Of a DNA stretch of 64,000 nucleotides, positions 26,240 to 40,000 are shown in pieces. Source of the DNA: Raillietiella orientalis (Eukaryota). The notes below the pieces were generated by a model. That model was not told where the DNA came from. It saw nothing but the letters and a program-made list of their open reading frames with translations, and did no database searches. The stretch is taken from the NCBI GenBank assembly GCA_036172245.1, contig JAYWIR010000032.1, forward strand, positions 2,294,001 through 2,358,000, written 5' to 3'. The position numbers were made by a program, and so were the translations under genes. Numbering within the stretch: the first letter of the stretch is position 1; each line of letters starts with the position of its first letter.

Positions 26240-29200
26240 TCTGTATTCATAATAATCCCTAACAGTACACTGAAAGAATAGTAAATACATAATAGGTCAC
26301 AGCATGCTATTGCAAAACACACGCACAATTTTATAAACAAGAAAAACAGGATACAAAATAGAGACTGCAAATATAAATTATGACGCTGTGCTGCATGAAT
26401 GGCAAAAACAAAAACAAACCACAAAATGGTAGTTACAGTTGGTAAATAAGAAACATTAGCGGGCAAATACAGGACGAACAGCATATTACAGTTATGTCCC
26501 ACTTGATCTAATAGATCTGCAAATCCTCAGAACAAATTCACTTCGCTGTATGAAGCTTAAGGCTAGTTGCTTGTTTTCGAAAACGCACCTCGTTATCCCG
26601 TTTATTCGATTATACTGGAAGCTTTCTGTTTAATGTCACAACTTCTCACACATTACCACATGCAAAGCATTCTTAAGTACTCTTGGAGGATCCACGAGTG
26701 ATGCTCTTACTTTACAGTCACATATGCACAAAAGTAAAGGTGTAGCAGAAAACAAACAGCATTTGGAGTTACAACACTGAAGTGCAAGTCCGATAGCTTG
26801 CAACACCGTACTCACGCAAAAGCGTTTGAAAGATGCACAAACAAGTGACTATATCTCGTAAGTACACTAAGAAACACTTAGGAACCCAAGACTTCTGAGC
26901 TAAAATTACTTATATATACTTTTTTCCCCGATCGTTCCAACGTATTTACAATGGAATGAAAGTGCCATCACTACTTGCAATCGAATTCATATAAAGAAGG
27001 AACTTTTCGAAGGAAAAAATATATGCTCTTTTTTTTTTTTTCTTTTGCCCTCAATGTTGTGGTAGAAAAAATTTGTCGATTTTTGAAATGAAACCTTCTC
27101 GAGTGGTTTTTAAAAAAAACACATTTTCCTGCATGGAATACGATTCTGAAATTAATTGGAAATACTTCGTTTATATAATTTATGCAAATGTCTCGAGGTC
27201 GGAAATTAAGTCTTGTGATTTCCAACTGCGAAAGGTTTCTTGTTTCGAATTAAATCCAAATTAATCTACAAAATCTTTATTTAGAACTAAATCAAGCAAA
27301 TCAAAGTAACCCTTACTTCACGCTTTATTTGCTAGAAAAAGGAAAACAGAAACAAATGAAAAAAAACAATATAAAAAACAAAACCGGATGCTATAAAAAT
27401 AGAAGAAAAACGAACTTTTGTAATAAAAAAAACTATCCTTAGAACATAAGGTACACAACATAGAGAAAGGTAAGAAGAATCATTCATTATTCATGAATGC
27501 AAACGCATCATGTGCTATTACATAGAAAGGCAAAACATCGATCTCTTTCAAGAATGGTAAATCATCTTCGAGGTACTTCGTTGATGTATTTACGGCAAAA
27601 AAAAGAAGCTCTGGAAATCAAATTCTAAGTGAAACACAAGAATAAAACACTATGATAAGGAAGTATCAAAGAAATACAATGAAGCGCCTTTAATATGGCA
27701 TAATTCTAGTTCAAAAAAAGAAACTAATAAAAACATGAAATCGGATACATATGTTATGCAGATAAAGTATCTTAATGAAAGCAGGATTCAAAATAATTCT
27801 TGAAGAATTAATTTTGAAGTCTTACTTTTAAAGTTATGTGATCAACATGCTTATATTTCTTATAACAAAATAACAGACATCAGCATATGTTTCCATTATT
27901 ACTAAATAATGCAACTTATTGCGGTTGATTCACATAACAATCTAAGTTGATAAAATTCATTTATGTTATACTTAGATTACACTTTTTACATCCAAAATGA
28001 CTCTTAATTGAAAAGATAATTAATACAACTTTCTTCTGTTTTGGATTTCTTTAACTCAAATTTACGACAGTGCGCATAGTGCTGGAAACATGTTCGTGGG
28101 CTGTCTTTGTATCCAGTATTCCTCAGTAGCAGTTTCATGGTTTTAACATATTGCCCATCAATTATTTTAATTCCATGAATGAAACCGCAGGCCAAGTTAG
28201 TCTTTCAATATATTGAAAATTATGAAATTAGATTGTCGTTAATTACCCACTTGAAAGCAGACTCCTTGCACTGATTTGTTATGTTTTTGATTTTCATTCT
28301 TAGTGTATTTACACTAATCAAGTCAAATCCGTATTATAGAAAACTTTGTAAAAATAAAAATTGCCAAAACAAAACCTGAAAGTAAGAAGTTAGGAGGGAA
28401 TGAAAGGGTTCATGACATGATTTAGATTGTCACTGTAATCACTAATGAAACGGTGAACAAAAATACGGGAGGAAATTACAATTGACTTCCATTATCAGAC
28501 TGAAACACAGGTCTTTAAAATCATGCGAGAAAAAAAAGAGGATTTATATTTTCAGGAAGTTCTTCCTTCCAAAATCTTTTGAAATGACAGTTTTAAATAA
28601 TTCATTTATGATGTCTTAAAAACAAAGCTAAAGGATTCAAAATATACAACAAACGCTGATCAGAAAACATTCACCATTTGAGACTATCACTTTCAAAAGA
28701 GCTTTGTTTATAGTGTAATCACGATGCATGAACTACACTGGCTCCAGCGTATCTGGTTCGTTGATTCCAAATGAGGTTAGAATATATTGATCTGATAGTT
28801 CTTAATGCCCCCATGCCTAATTAACTCAATTCTGTTCATCTTAAATTTCATCATGAAAATTTCTTTTGGACTTCAAACAAAAAACTGCTAAAAACAAGCC
28901 ACTCTCCTTTAGAATAGGCGATCTCTAACCAAGGCTTGAATTAGAAAGTAAACACACACAAACAACGGAATATCCTCTAGACTTGGAGAAGCATCAGAGA
29001 GTATAACGAGTGTAAGGCTGAGGATGAGTTTTAAAGCCAGTATTATTTTATCAGTTTAAAGAGAGAAGTTTCATGTCACAAAAGTTGGAGCAATTTAATT
29101 TTAAAACCTAAGGGTCATGCACAGAGCTTGATTCCAAAGTTACACAATCAAAATTGCATCTAAGTTTCATTTGAAAGTATTATTATTTTGAACTTAATAT

Positions 29201-29949
29201 CGGAAAACGTGCAGTACCGAGGATTAGCACATACCTCTGATATTCGTCATTGTTCTCTTACTTCCCCAATTAATATGAAGTCTAGCATCCTTTCTCTTGG
29301 AAATTTATTTAGTAACAATGGAATATGTAAGCTGTTTGGCTGCTCTTAACTGTAATGTACTTCAGCATTTTTTTTTCCCTTCGGTGGATTTCATGAGCCC
29401 TTGTATTGTAAAATTTTGCTGAAATAATGGTTTTGCAATCTCTGGTTTGCTTTCATTAGGGATTCATAGAAATTCAAATCACCTATTCATGTTGAAACTA
29501 GTATGTGTTGCGAATATAAACATGAAATTATTTCTAGAGATAGGTCTTGAGCCTCTGTATCTTATGTAAGCAGACTTTAGCTTTAGGGAACTTTTGATTG
29601 AATAGAAATCGTTCGTTTCAATCTTCTTTTTTTTCCCTGTTGCTTTCCCCTTTGTTTTTTTCTTTCTTCCTTTTCTTTACGGCATTATCTTTCGTTTCGA
29701 TTGATAATATCAGAGCAAACTGAAATAACGTAGGCATTTCTGGCTTGACGAGTATGCTTGTGCTATTTGTTGTTCCTTAAGTTTAAAGGTTGCAGACGCC
29801 ATGTCCATGCCTATTTGGAAAGGAAAAATGTCGTATGAAGTATTTTATTAAAAGAAAACTTACCTCGTATATAGAATAACTTGGCTTTGGAAGGAAATTG
29901 GAATTGCGTTTTCATCCTGATCGAATTCAGTTCATTTTGTTTTGGTTTG

Positions 29950-30400
29950 AGTAATTTCGTTATTTACGAGATGTAGCATCTAGTGGAGAACTTTCTCTTG
30001 CCTGCTCTCTGCATTCTCAAGGAAGCTCCCTTTTGGTCCAGCAATGTGGTTGCGTGATTGCTGGAAATACATCATTTTATTCCTCTAGGCATTTTACATC
30101 GTCATCGAATTTCCATTAGTGCTTAATAATCATCAGTTCTTCGTCATTTGCTTAAGACGGTTGTCAAAGGCAGTCCCATACTTTAAGGGCTGCCTTCCTG
30201 CGGGAAGGCAACCTGCAACGATGAAGTTGCGCGTGGACTAACACGGAGCTGGCTGGGAAGGCAACGGGATTCACGGTCGCCAGAATAATCACTTGTTGAT
30301 GCAGTAAAAGGTCTTGACATGAAGAATGGTGGTATACAATGCATATACCATCTCATTGCATCAGTTTGGTGAACAAATCCTCTTATACAAAATGGAAACA
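29950..30400 (+). mobile_element. Highly decayed non-LTR RT fragment
   Basis: WRTFSCLLSAFSRK, LSKAV, GLTRSWLGRQR and NGGIQCI occur in the order of YRPISLL / LSKAFD / SYLxxRxQ / GVPQGS. Confidence 0.4.
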
Positions 30401-31744
30401 GGCTTTTGGTTTGCGTTTAAGTAGGCTTGCTCTTTGTTTGCTTCACCACATCTACGTGTTTGATATGTGGTATAGTTTAAGATTGGGGAGTTTTACCAAC
30501 TGAACACGTGGGCAAAGAGTACACTTAACTTATCGAGGTAGAACCCTGAAACTTGCATGGGCAGTTGTATAAGTAGTCGAGTATGATTTGCATGAGGGAT
30601 TTACAAGGACCAAATTTTATTAGGACAATGAACAAGTACTTCAATGGACACTCATGCCCATTATGTTTTCATTTTTTCAAATTCAAAACTGAATTTTGAA
30701 TCCAAAATCACAGAAAAACAGCAAAATACAATAGTGATGTTAGCTATAACCTCGTTGAGCTTTCCGAGTCGCATCGTTGACTGAACAGGCTTCCGAGAAA
30801 GTTTTTTTTCCCCATTGGTTGTGGCAGGAATGCTGATTGCTGTGGTTCTGTTTTTTAGAGAACACAATTAACAAATAGTTATCGCTAGAAATGTTTGCCT
30901 AATGCATTTTTGTATCAATATTTGCTACTTTTTCTGTGAATTGATTTATTTTATTCATTTAGAAACAATATGAAATCCATATCGTAAGCCGCAGATGGCA
31001 GCAACGCGCTTCAAGTACTTTGAAGCTAGGATCTTAGGGGGGTTTCTAAGAATCAAGGCAGGAAAAAAAATTTAATCAAAAGATTAATATGGCAACATTT
31101 GAAATAAAAGTGTTCAAAATGGTGTGCAAAAGTCTAGCCGATATGGTTCAGATGGCTTGAGTGTTTGATTTGGAGATATATACATATGAAGGTCATTGTT
31201 CTTGTTCAGTAATCCAAATTATGAATTCTACTAAACGTCACACTCTGCCAAAAACTGTGTATCAAGTTTCACAAAGATTCCAACTGTGAAAAACATTACA
31301 GTACATGAAAAAGTTTCGAAAGTGCTGTATATATCCAGTTTTCCATCAGCTTTACTGTGTTCTGCCAAAAGGAAATTCAAATCTGAAATTGACTGCTAAT
31401 AATCTGCATACTTTTTCATTATTTCTAGCCATAATGAAATCATAGTTCCACAGAACACAAACCATGGTAGCTGTGTTGCACATACATTTTTCCCTGCAAA
31501 AGCATTTTCAGTTTGAAAGTTAAAGTAACTTAATTTATAATATAAATAATTGATGCAAGCAGAAAGTATATATATATATATATTTTTTTGGCATTTCCTG
31601 GTGTCAGCATCTTTAGTTTTATTGTGATACACATCACAGTGATACTGCCAATAATACAAGTCTTAACACTTCATAGACATAACTGCAATACAAAATCCGA
31701 TTCATTAATGTTCTATAATCACCTTAAACATCACGTGGAATATC

Positions 31745-34700
31745 TTACAATTTTTTCTTGACTAGTTTTTCTAACTTCTTAATCTGACTCAAATCATGTT
31801 TAGGTGAACTGTCTGCTTTACCATTTCCTTCATCTTGCACAGCTTGGAAAGTTATTTTTGATTTAAATTGTTCAATAAGAATCAACTGATCATTTCTTTT
31901 TACTCCTTTCATATCTAGAACTTTCTGAAATTCCGCCAGATCAGAATCAGGCAACAATCTCAAATACTGTTCCAAAAATTCTTGATGAGGCGACATAACT
32001 ACTTTAAGAAGCATCTCAGCCCTATTCATGGCATGCAGAACTGTTTTGGTATAGCTTGGGGGGGGCTTTCGCTGAGTGGCTAGACCAAGCACAGGCAACT
32101 CAAGCAATACAGTCTTCAGCATGTGTGTGTCCAGCAGCAACTGCTCTGCACCGACAGTGCCAATTGGACGACAACGGTACAACTGCTGCATGAAACGTGA
32201 CATCAAGGAAACTACAAACTGTGTACAGAATTGCATATAACATTTTCGTGATGCACTCAGGGTGTCTCTGCAAATAGGGATGACTTGCTTAATAGCTGTA
32301 CTGATGGAAGTCACATAGCTGCTTTGGTCACCCACTGTCTGCAGACTCTGCCATGAAACCTACATAAAAAATCTCAACTATAACAAGCTGAAAAAAGACA
32401 GGAGTACCAACCTTGTTAATGGAACTCAGAGCAGGTTCACAAGATGCTTCTACATCTTGAACTAACACCTGGATGCAATTATTCAGAATGCTACAAAACA
32501 GAACTAGGCCAGGGCCAAAACTTACACTTACTTGCTGAAAATATCCAGTTCGTGACTGCAGCTGACTTGAAAAGCAAATTGAGAATCGATTTTTTCTCTC
32601 AATTTATCTTCCAGCTGCTGTGTTGTGTCTAAACAATACTCAGCAGTGAGAATTAGTGTACCAGTTTTCCAGATATCTTCATTATTCAAACGACTTTCCC
32701 CTTCCTTTAGGAAACTCTGGAAATTCTGTATAAGTCCTGATGTTGACAAATCACGACTAAGCAGCAAATTGCTGCTACGAGGAAGATGATTCTGGAGTAT
32801 TTTGAGAGCATACTCCCGTAAATATTTTTTGAACACTGAAGCCATAGCAGCCATGGATTCACCCCGACTAAGCTGATTACACTGCACCAAACATTTCTTA
32901 TAATATATAAACAAATCACCACAGCTAGGAAGCACCCGGCTTGGCTGCAAGGAAGGGCAATTTTGGAAAAGTTTATTTGCGTCTTGTTGAAATCGTTCCA
33001 TCATCTCATTAAGGTTTCTGCAAAAGGGGGGATGGAAGAAAAAAGAAAACAAAACAAATGAACAATGACGACATCACTGTCATGGCATGACTTACTTGTC
33101 CTGACTGTCAACGTATATTTTCAAGAAAGGCTCAAAACACTGACTTATGATGCCTTCGAAAGGTAAGGAAGTATTCTGCTGATTGACATTGGAAATTTCT
33201 GCTGCTTCAAATGGGTTTGTAGAAGGAGGAGCTGTGCTTTCAAAGGGATTTTTGGAATGAGACATCTGTTTTCATTTATTTAAGTGAAACTCCCACATGG
33301 CAACTCACTGGTACAGCACACTTTGTAGGATGGTTTTCTTGCAAGGTAAGACCTGTGAAACGTCTACCCAGTAAATTTTCGAACTCCATGGTCCTCTGAA
33401 TTGCAAACAGTAAAAGTTTGGCATCAATCTCGTTCTGCCTTCTCGTCATAAGCTGTGTAAGTTCAGATCTGGTAATGTGACAGAACTGTACGGCTATTCT
33501 CTCAGCCACATCCCAGTCAGGAGGAAACAAACATCCTTGATGCTCATCAAAGTCAACCAGATTCCGTTTCAACCACTGATAGCGTCGATTAATTTTATCC
33601 AGCCATGCCACGCTCTGGTTACTCTCAAACAGATGGCAGTATTCTTCTAATTGCAATCCGATGACCCACTTTAGTAGTTCTTCTCTCACTCGTTTATCTA
33701 GTTCTGATACCACAAGACAGGCCTCTGCCAATTGCTGACTGTGAAGCTGTTGTGTTGAGCTACCTAAAATTTCTTTGAAGTCTTTGATGATTTGCTCAGC
33801 TATCTGACTTCGGATTTGTTGTATCTAAAACATGTCTCTTAATAGTTTGGGAACACAACTTTTCATCATTCAAACCTCACGCTGAAGCTCTTGAATTTGT
33901 GGAATGCTCATGAATCTATCAAAACTAGATAATACTGATCCCACTCCTTGTAGTAGTGTGGCAACTTCAGCATAACGACGCTGCTGTGTCAAATCCCTAA
34001 AACCAAAGACAACTGACTCTTGACTGCTGTATGCCCCATACAGAATTCGACGTTTACCTCAATTGCTCCACACCACCCACTAACATATGTAGTTGATTCA
34101 ATGTAGTAATTGCCATTGTCAAGTTACGCTTGGCTGCATCTAATGTTTTGATATCCTGAGTTATTTCCTTAACTGTTGCCTCCGACTCTTCTGCACGGGT
34201 TTTTATATCACGAATCTGACTAAGCAGATCACAGATGACTTCATGTGCTTCTTCCAATGCAGCATGTCCATCCTAATCATAAAAATGTCAGTATTCTGGC
34301 AAATTTATCGATCAAAAATGTGCATTTGTTTCATCTCAAATAAATCATGTTTGCACAGGTCATCTGATTTTGTCAATAAACTACATTTTCTTCATGGATC
34401 CAAAATAATGCCTATCAATACAAGGGACAATCATGCCAGTAAATCATTTGTCATGCACATGTGACGTGTGCACAACTCAAATGCTTTGCATCCCAATTCA
34501 TAAAGCTGATTGTAAAAAGAATTACAGGAAATGAGAAAAAACGGATGGCAAATTCGGAGCAAAAGTCTTGGGGTACTTTAATCATTTACATGGTTCTTCA
34601 TATAACAGAACCATTCTGCATACACATGCACATCACTCTTTTTGCATAAAGTAACCTAAACATAGTAGATACCCTATGTGCACCTTGGTAAAAATCACAA

Positions 34701-37095
34701 CTACAATCTCAAAAATGGCTAAGTTGCAGGTGAAGACAATAAAACTCCATATTTCATTACAATTAAATACATGGCTAGAAAAACATATTGATTTCGAAAA
34801 CGATCTTGTTCATATGCAAAGGTGTGATGCAAACAAATTTGAAATGTGCCATTAGCATCCTAAGAAAATAAAAACGATTTGTGAGGAAATGCCATTACCA
34901 TACACCCAACCCTTAGTATGAGCTACAATGCATTACACAATTACTCAACATCATCATAAAAAGCAAGTTACTCTAAACACAACCAAATGTTTTGTTTTTC
35001 AAGCTGTGATTAATTAATTACAGTATTCTTCGCAACTTCTTCATCATATAAGTACATCATATGGGTTGCAAATTTTCATGACTGATCAGCCTTAATTTCT
35101 ATTTCTAGAATTAAATTTCTGTTGGAAGACTTTATATTAGCAGAAACTTATGCAATTTCTTCAATCCAATTCACTAAACACTTCATTTTCTATTTCTTCA
35201 TCTTGTTATTGATTCTGTCTTGCTTTATGACTTACGTAATTCATTCACATTTCCTTTTAATTAGATCAATGCAGCTGATTTTGTACAATCAGCATTCATC
35301 TCCTTTATTAAGAAGGTTTTTCCGGATTTCCAGAACCATGCCAGATACTTAAATATAAAGAAAAAAAAAAAAAAAAAACTGTCTGCTTTCTGAAAACAGA
35401 ATGCTGCAATATTACTCTTGGCAACTATAGAAAGAATGGGGAACCCTCCCTCCCCCATCCAGCTCTTGAAATGAAATAAACAAAAGCCCTTTAGTCAAGC
35501 ATTTGTCGAAACATTCTTTTTGTTTGCCTAATTGCATCATGATACTGGAATAACCTACTATATTTAGACATAAAAGTACTTTTTCATGATGCCTCTAAAT
35601 AATAAACCAATTCTGATCATAAATTAATTATAATGCTCACCTTCCCAGATCTCGTTTGTTCCCTTATGACATCTTGAATTTCATTATCAATTGATGATAT
35701 CTTTTGACTGATATCTTCAATAGTCTCATCAATTCCAACTAGGCTTTGCTCCGTAGGAAATAATGAATTAATATATTCCACAGGATCAAATTCTGATTTA
35801 AACAAGGCATCTGACTCTGGTAAGACCTGAAAAATGTAATTTGCTGCTCCAATCATTATAAAATAAAAACAGTTGAGAAACATTCCTTCAATGATCACAG
35901 GAAAACTTTAATTTTCTATAATCAAGAATAAATCACTTCTAAATTAGCTATAATTTATAAACAAAAGAAAAACATGGATCATTTTAACATATAAACAGCT
36001 AGATGTACCCATTCATTAATCATGTGTAAAAAAAGCACTACGAATACTAGAGGTATAAACTACAAAATCAAGGTAATAACTGCGAACTTTGTTCATTCTG
36101 CTGACATAATATCATAAAAGCATTGAAATTTACTTGTACTTCGTAATGCATAAAATGTCTGATTTTTTCTGACAGATATTAAATATGAATATATTCTTTT
36201 TAAAGACTGAAATGTTCAAATCCCCTACTTCCAATAAATACCACAACTGATTTAGAAAATCAACTACCAGCAACAAACAAACTGCTGAGGTGTAAGCTAA
36301 TTGTTTATCCCACCCCACACATACAAGGAATCCAGTTCTTGTAATTCATACCAATAAGTGTAATAAATTACTTTTTGGAAGTTATGTGCTGTTATGATTT
36401 AAAAAAAGCTGGGCAAAAACTGGCAATCAGCACTCTTACACTGCATCTGAGGACCCAGAATCCAAGAGATATTGTGAAACCTTTCTGTGGTTTATAAAAA
36501 CTTCACATGCTGAGACAAAATTTATGTTGCTGAAAAGCCATACAATCTTGCATGCAAATGAACGTAAAATTCTGTACAATCCCTACAGTGAATCTGTTTG
36601 CAGGCCAGTTTAATTTTTTATTCCAATTTACTTGTCCTTGCAAATGAATGCAATAACACTCAGCCTCAGCAATCATCAACAGTGGCAATAAATAAAAATT
36701 TTTTAATCTCAATTGGTCTCCGGAACTTTGCTTTGCTTCACAACTATTTATAAGGTAATCTCCACAACAACAACGTTATAGTATCATAGTTAGTATTTAT
36801 TTACCAAAACATTCCTTTATGTTGAGATAAACCTAATGATTCCAGCACACATATCATCTGAAATAAAATTTATTCTCTGATTTTAATATCAAGACGATTT
36901 CAATTTCGCATTTCACAACGCTCGTTCTTGGTTACTTCATTTACCTCGGGTTTGCGAATACCGGCAAACAAAACTAATTTAAAGATACCTGTTCGATAGC
37001 TGCTTGGACTTCTGGAGAGAAATCAATTATATAATTCATCTCATCTTCAACACTGAGATTATCGAGTTCGGTTTCTTTTACATGAATCATCTCCA
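31745..37095 (-). CDS. VPS53: Vacuolar protein sorting 53 (GARP/EARP subunit), multi-exon; exact start uncertain
   Basis: [14 protein letters not shown]...[71 protein letters not shown] and the terminal [12 protein letters not shown]. The start is either Met 37039 or a small upstream exon. Confidence 0.96.
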
Positions 37096-37699
37096 CTGAT
37101 TTTTATTAACAACTGTGCTATAGGAAATCATGTCCCCATTTCACTTCCACTGCAAAGGCACAAGATTCGATGTAGTTCTCCCCCCAAATGTCATCAAATT
37201 CCGAAATTCACCCCTTATCTTTTTGCAACCAGAACATGGTGTTACAGTCAGGAACTTTGCTACTGGGTCTTGCATACCACCTACAAAGCAACGGCAAAGA
37301 CACACCGGCATAGGATCACATAATGGAAAGGCTCACGAGCTAATGCAATGGGCATTTGCAACACATTTTGCATCAAATGCCTTCACTATACATCGGTTAT
37401 GGGATGCTAAACCTTATATTCATACGTAAATCAATATTCATATTTATTAATGATTCTGGAGTTAAAACAAATGCAAAAATATTTTTGGTTTGACTAAGCG
37501 CATTGCATTCAAAGATGAGCACTACAGACTTCCAAGCGGCCCTCCAATGACACAGAAACACATACAACAAACATTCTATCCAAAGGTACCAGGCTGAAGT
37601 TCCATTTTATAGTAAGGATTGATGTGGTTATTTTTGTTCACCGTTTATTTCATTCTCTGACTTCTTAAAGAACTAATTTTGGCTTCATTCTGACAGTGT

Positions 37700-40000
37700 G
37701 ACGATTGTGAAAGTATTTGCTTTGTAGATGCACTCTTACTATCCTCTTTCAAAAGAGTGATACTCATTGCACACACTGAGTTTCCCGAGTATTCTCAATT
37801 TTGTTTTTTGAATCAAATTTGAAACTTCTGGGCGAAGAAGATCACCTTCTGGAACAGACCAGAAAGAATAAACTTCATGAAAAGGCCATCCCAGAAAAGA
37901 AAAGCATCCTTCAGAAGAGCAGGTAAAATAGGAACGTCTGATCAGAGAAAACCTGTGCAAGAAGCCCCGAAATAAATGAAAACTGACGGAAAATGTTGTT
38001 TCCAAAGATCATTTGTCTAAGTAGCCTTCCACAGAGAAGCTCCCTAGCGAAGGACCTCAGTCCTCAAAGCCTCCCAACACATCGCCCACCCATACTTGTT
38101 TTCTCATTATGTGAAGCGAACTCGACAGTCAGATACGTCCCTCTCCTTATCACATAAAGATTCACTGACTTACAGGGCTTTTCTTCCTATTATCAGAAAA
38201 GAAGGGGTAGGCAGACGATGACAAAGAGATCGCGGCTCAGAACACTTTTCTAAGTTCCGAAAGGAAGGCAAAATAGGCATTGACTGACATCGTGTCCACT
38301 ATCTTCTTGGGCATGGACTGTCAACCACATGAGATAACACAGCAATTAAAAGGAGACCTTCAACTAGATAGCCTGAATAATGCTAGATCTGGAAAGAAAA
38401 GGACTCGTGGCGTGACTTCGTACCTACGCCGGTTCCATCAATCCGGTGCTTCGTGACTCTCATATAAACGATCCCATGCTCTATAGAATTGGCTCCCATC
38501 CTCTTCGCTGTCTCAGGTTGCCGGAGGACATCTCTCTATGGAAACATCTCTCTAAGCAAACACTCGACTTTTCTGCCGGAAAATTTGTCTCCACGAAACT
38601 GGTCTCTAAGTCGATCATAGCCCTCTACATCATTCCTACTTTCATCCCTCTCCCAGTTTCCTCTGGGTGTTGCTGAAACACTCAGTCTTCGCATGGGAAC
38701 GTGTAAGTGGACTGCGCTCGAGAAGAAGACAGACAACCATTGGAATGTGACACGTTACTCAACGATCTTCTATCGAAGTTCTCAGGATTATCTCGAACCC
38801 TATTTCTAGACAAAGGGATGATTCTCTTTTGGGAAGGGGGAAACTTATTTGCCTTCAAGGTTTTTCTGCCAAGCAGACGTGTTTGATAACCAATGAAGAA
38901 GTGTAACTTGGAGACGATGAGCGAACCAGCATTGCTCCTCAAGAGGAAGGAAGACAAGGAGGGAAGGATGGAAGTTTGGATAGTGATGAACTTTGCTTCC
39001 CTATGGACAACAGCAGCGGCAAGAGAGTTGTCGACTCGAGCTCTTTGGTCACCCGTGTTGGACTGCTACGTCTACGTCTCTTGTTCCTGAAAGTCGCCTT
39101 CACATGGCACCCACCTTCTTTCCCCGCCTGCTGCCTTGTGACCTCCACCGGGTGTGGTCCTGGAAAAGAAGGAAGATGCAGATGCTTGTGCTCCGGGTCC
39201 CTTTCATTGCTTCCTACGGCGCAGTGCCTTCGGCAGACCTCGAGGAACTGAAACGGAGGAAGGCGACGGCTCCTTGCTAATGGGCGATTGCCGTGACTGT
39301 CTCTCCTCCGGCCTCTTTCCGCTGGGAACTCCGTGGATGCGTTCCCTGTATAGACAACGAGGAGCCCGTCTCATCAGAGAATGAGATGGCGGGCCCTGGC
39401 CCGAGTTTCCTCCAGGCTCCATGACGTGGGTCTCTCTCTTTATTCGGAACCCTGGACTGAACTGTGATGTCACAAGGACAGCGAGGACCTCACCGCCGTC
39501 CCTACTCTAGGTAGTCTTGCCAGCGCAGTTCCCTCGGTTTCGCGCCGCTCTCGAGCAAAGGTGTTCCACGAAGGCCTGCATCTCTTCCTGAAATGGATTC
39601 TCTGGGAGTGTTCCCAGAGTGGTACTGCCGCTGCAAGTCGATCGTTCCGCCCGCTTCGCCCCGAGCTGAGTGGCGCCATGTCTCCTCGCCGTGCTGTACG
39701 TGAGCGGCGCGCGCGCACCGATCACTAATGGTTCCGTTTTTATGTTTGGTGTGCCATGGAAACGAAGAAGCGAGGACGACGCATGGCTCACAGCCCAGTC
39801 AGTCTTGCCGGGGAGCGCGCGAACGCTCAGCGAGGCAGCGCAACCCTTCCGTGCCTCGCGAAAGTCAGGGACGAACCTTCCAGGGAAAATGGAAGGGGAA
39901 CTAGGGATAACCACATCAGGGATTTGTGACCTCTCGTTCGTTCGGCTGCGCGGCAAGTCCAGCGGTCGCGGAGGCCTGCGTTCGCGATGTGCGAGCCGCT
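37700..40000 (-). mobile_element. Decayed APE-RT LINE copy
   Basis: PDVVIP (~39900), RETHVMEPGG...SHSLMRR (~39370-39440) and RNDVEGYDRL...KF (~38580-38640) occur in APE-then-RT order, followed by MPKKIVDTM (~38300); many indels and stops. Confidence 0.45.

Noticed and set aside
30165..30232. Cluster of hairpins (aggcagtcc/gggctgcct, gccttcc/ggaaggc, gcaac/gttgc) as an ncRNA
   Set aside because: No RNase P/MRP, snRNA or snoRNA motifs, the first two stems overlap, and the region translates as an RT remnant.
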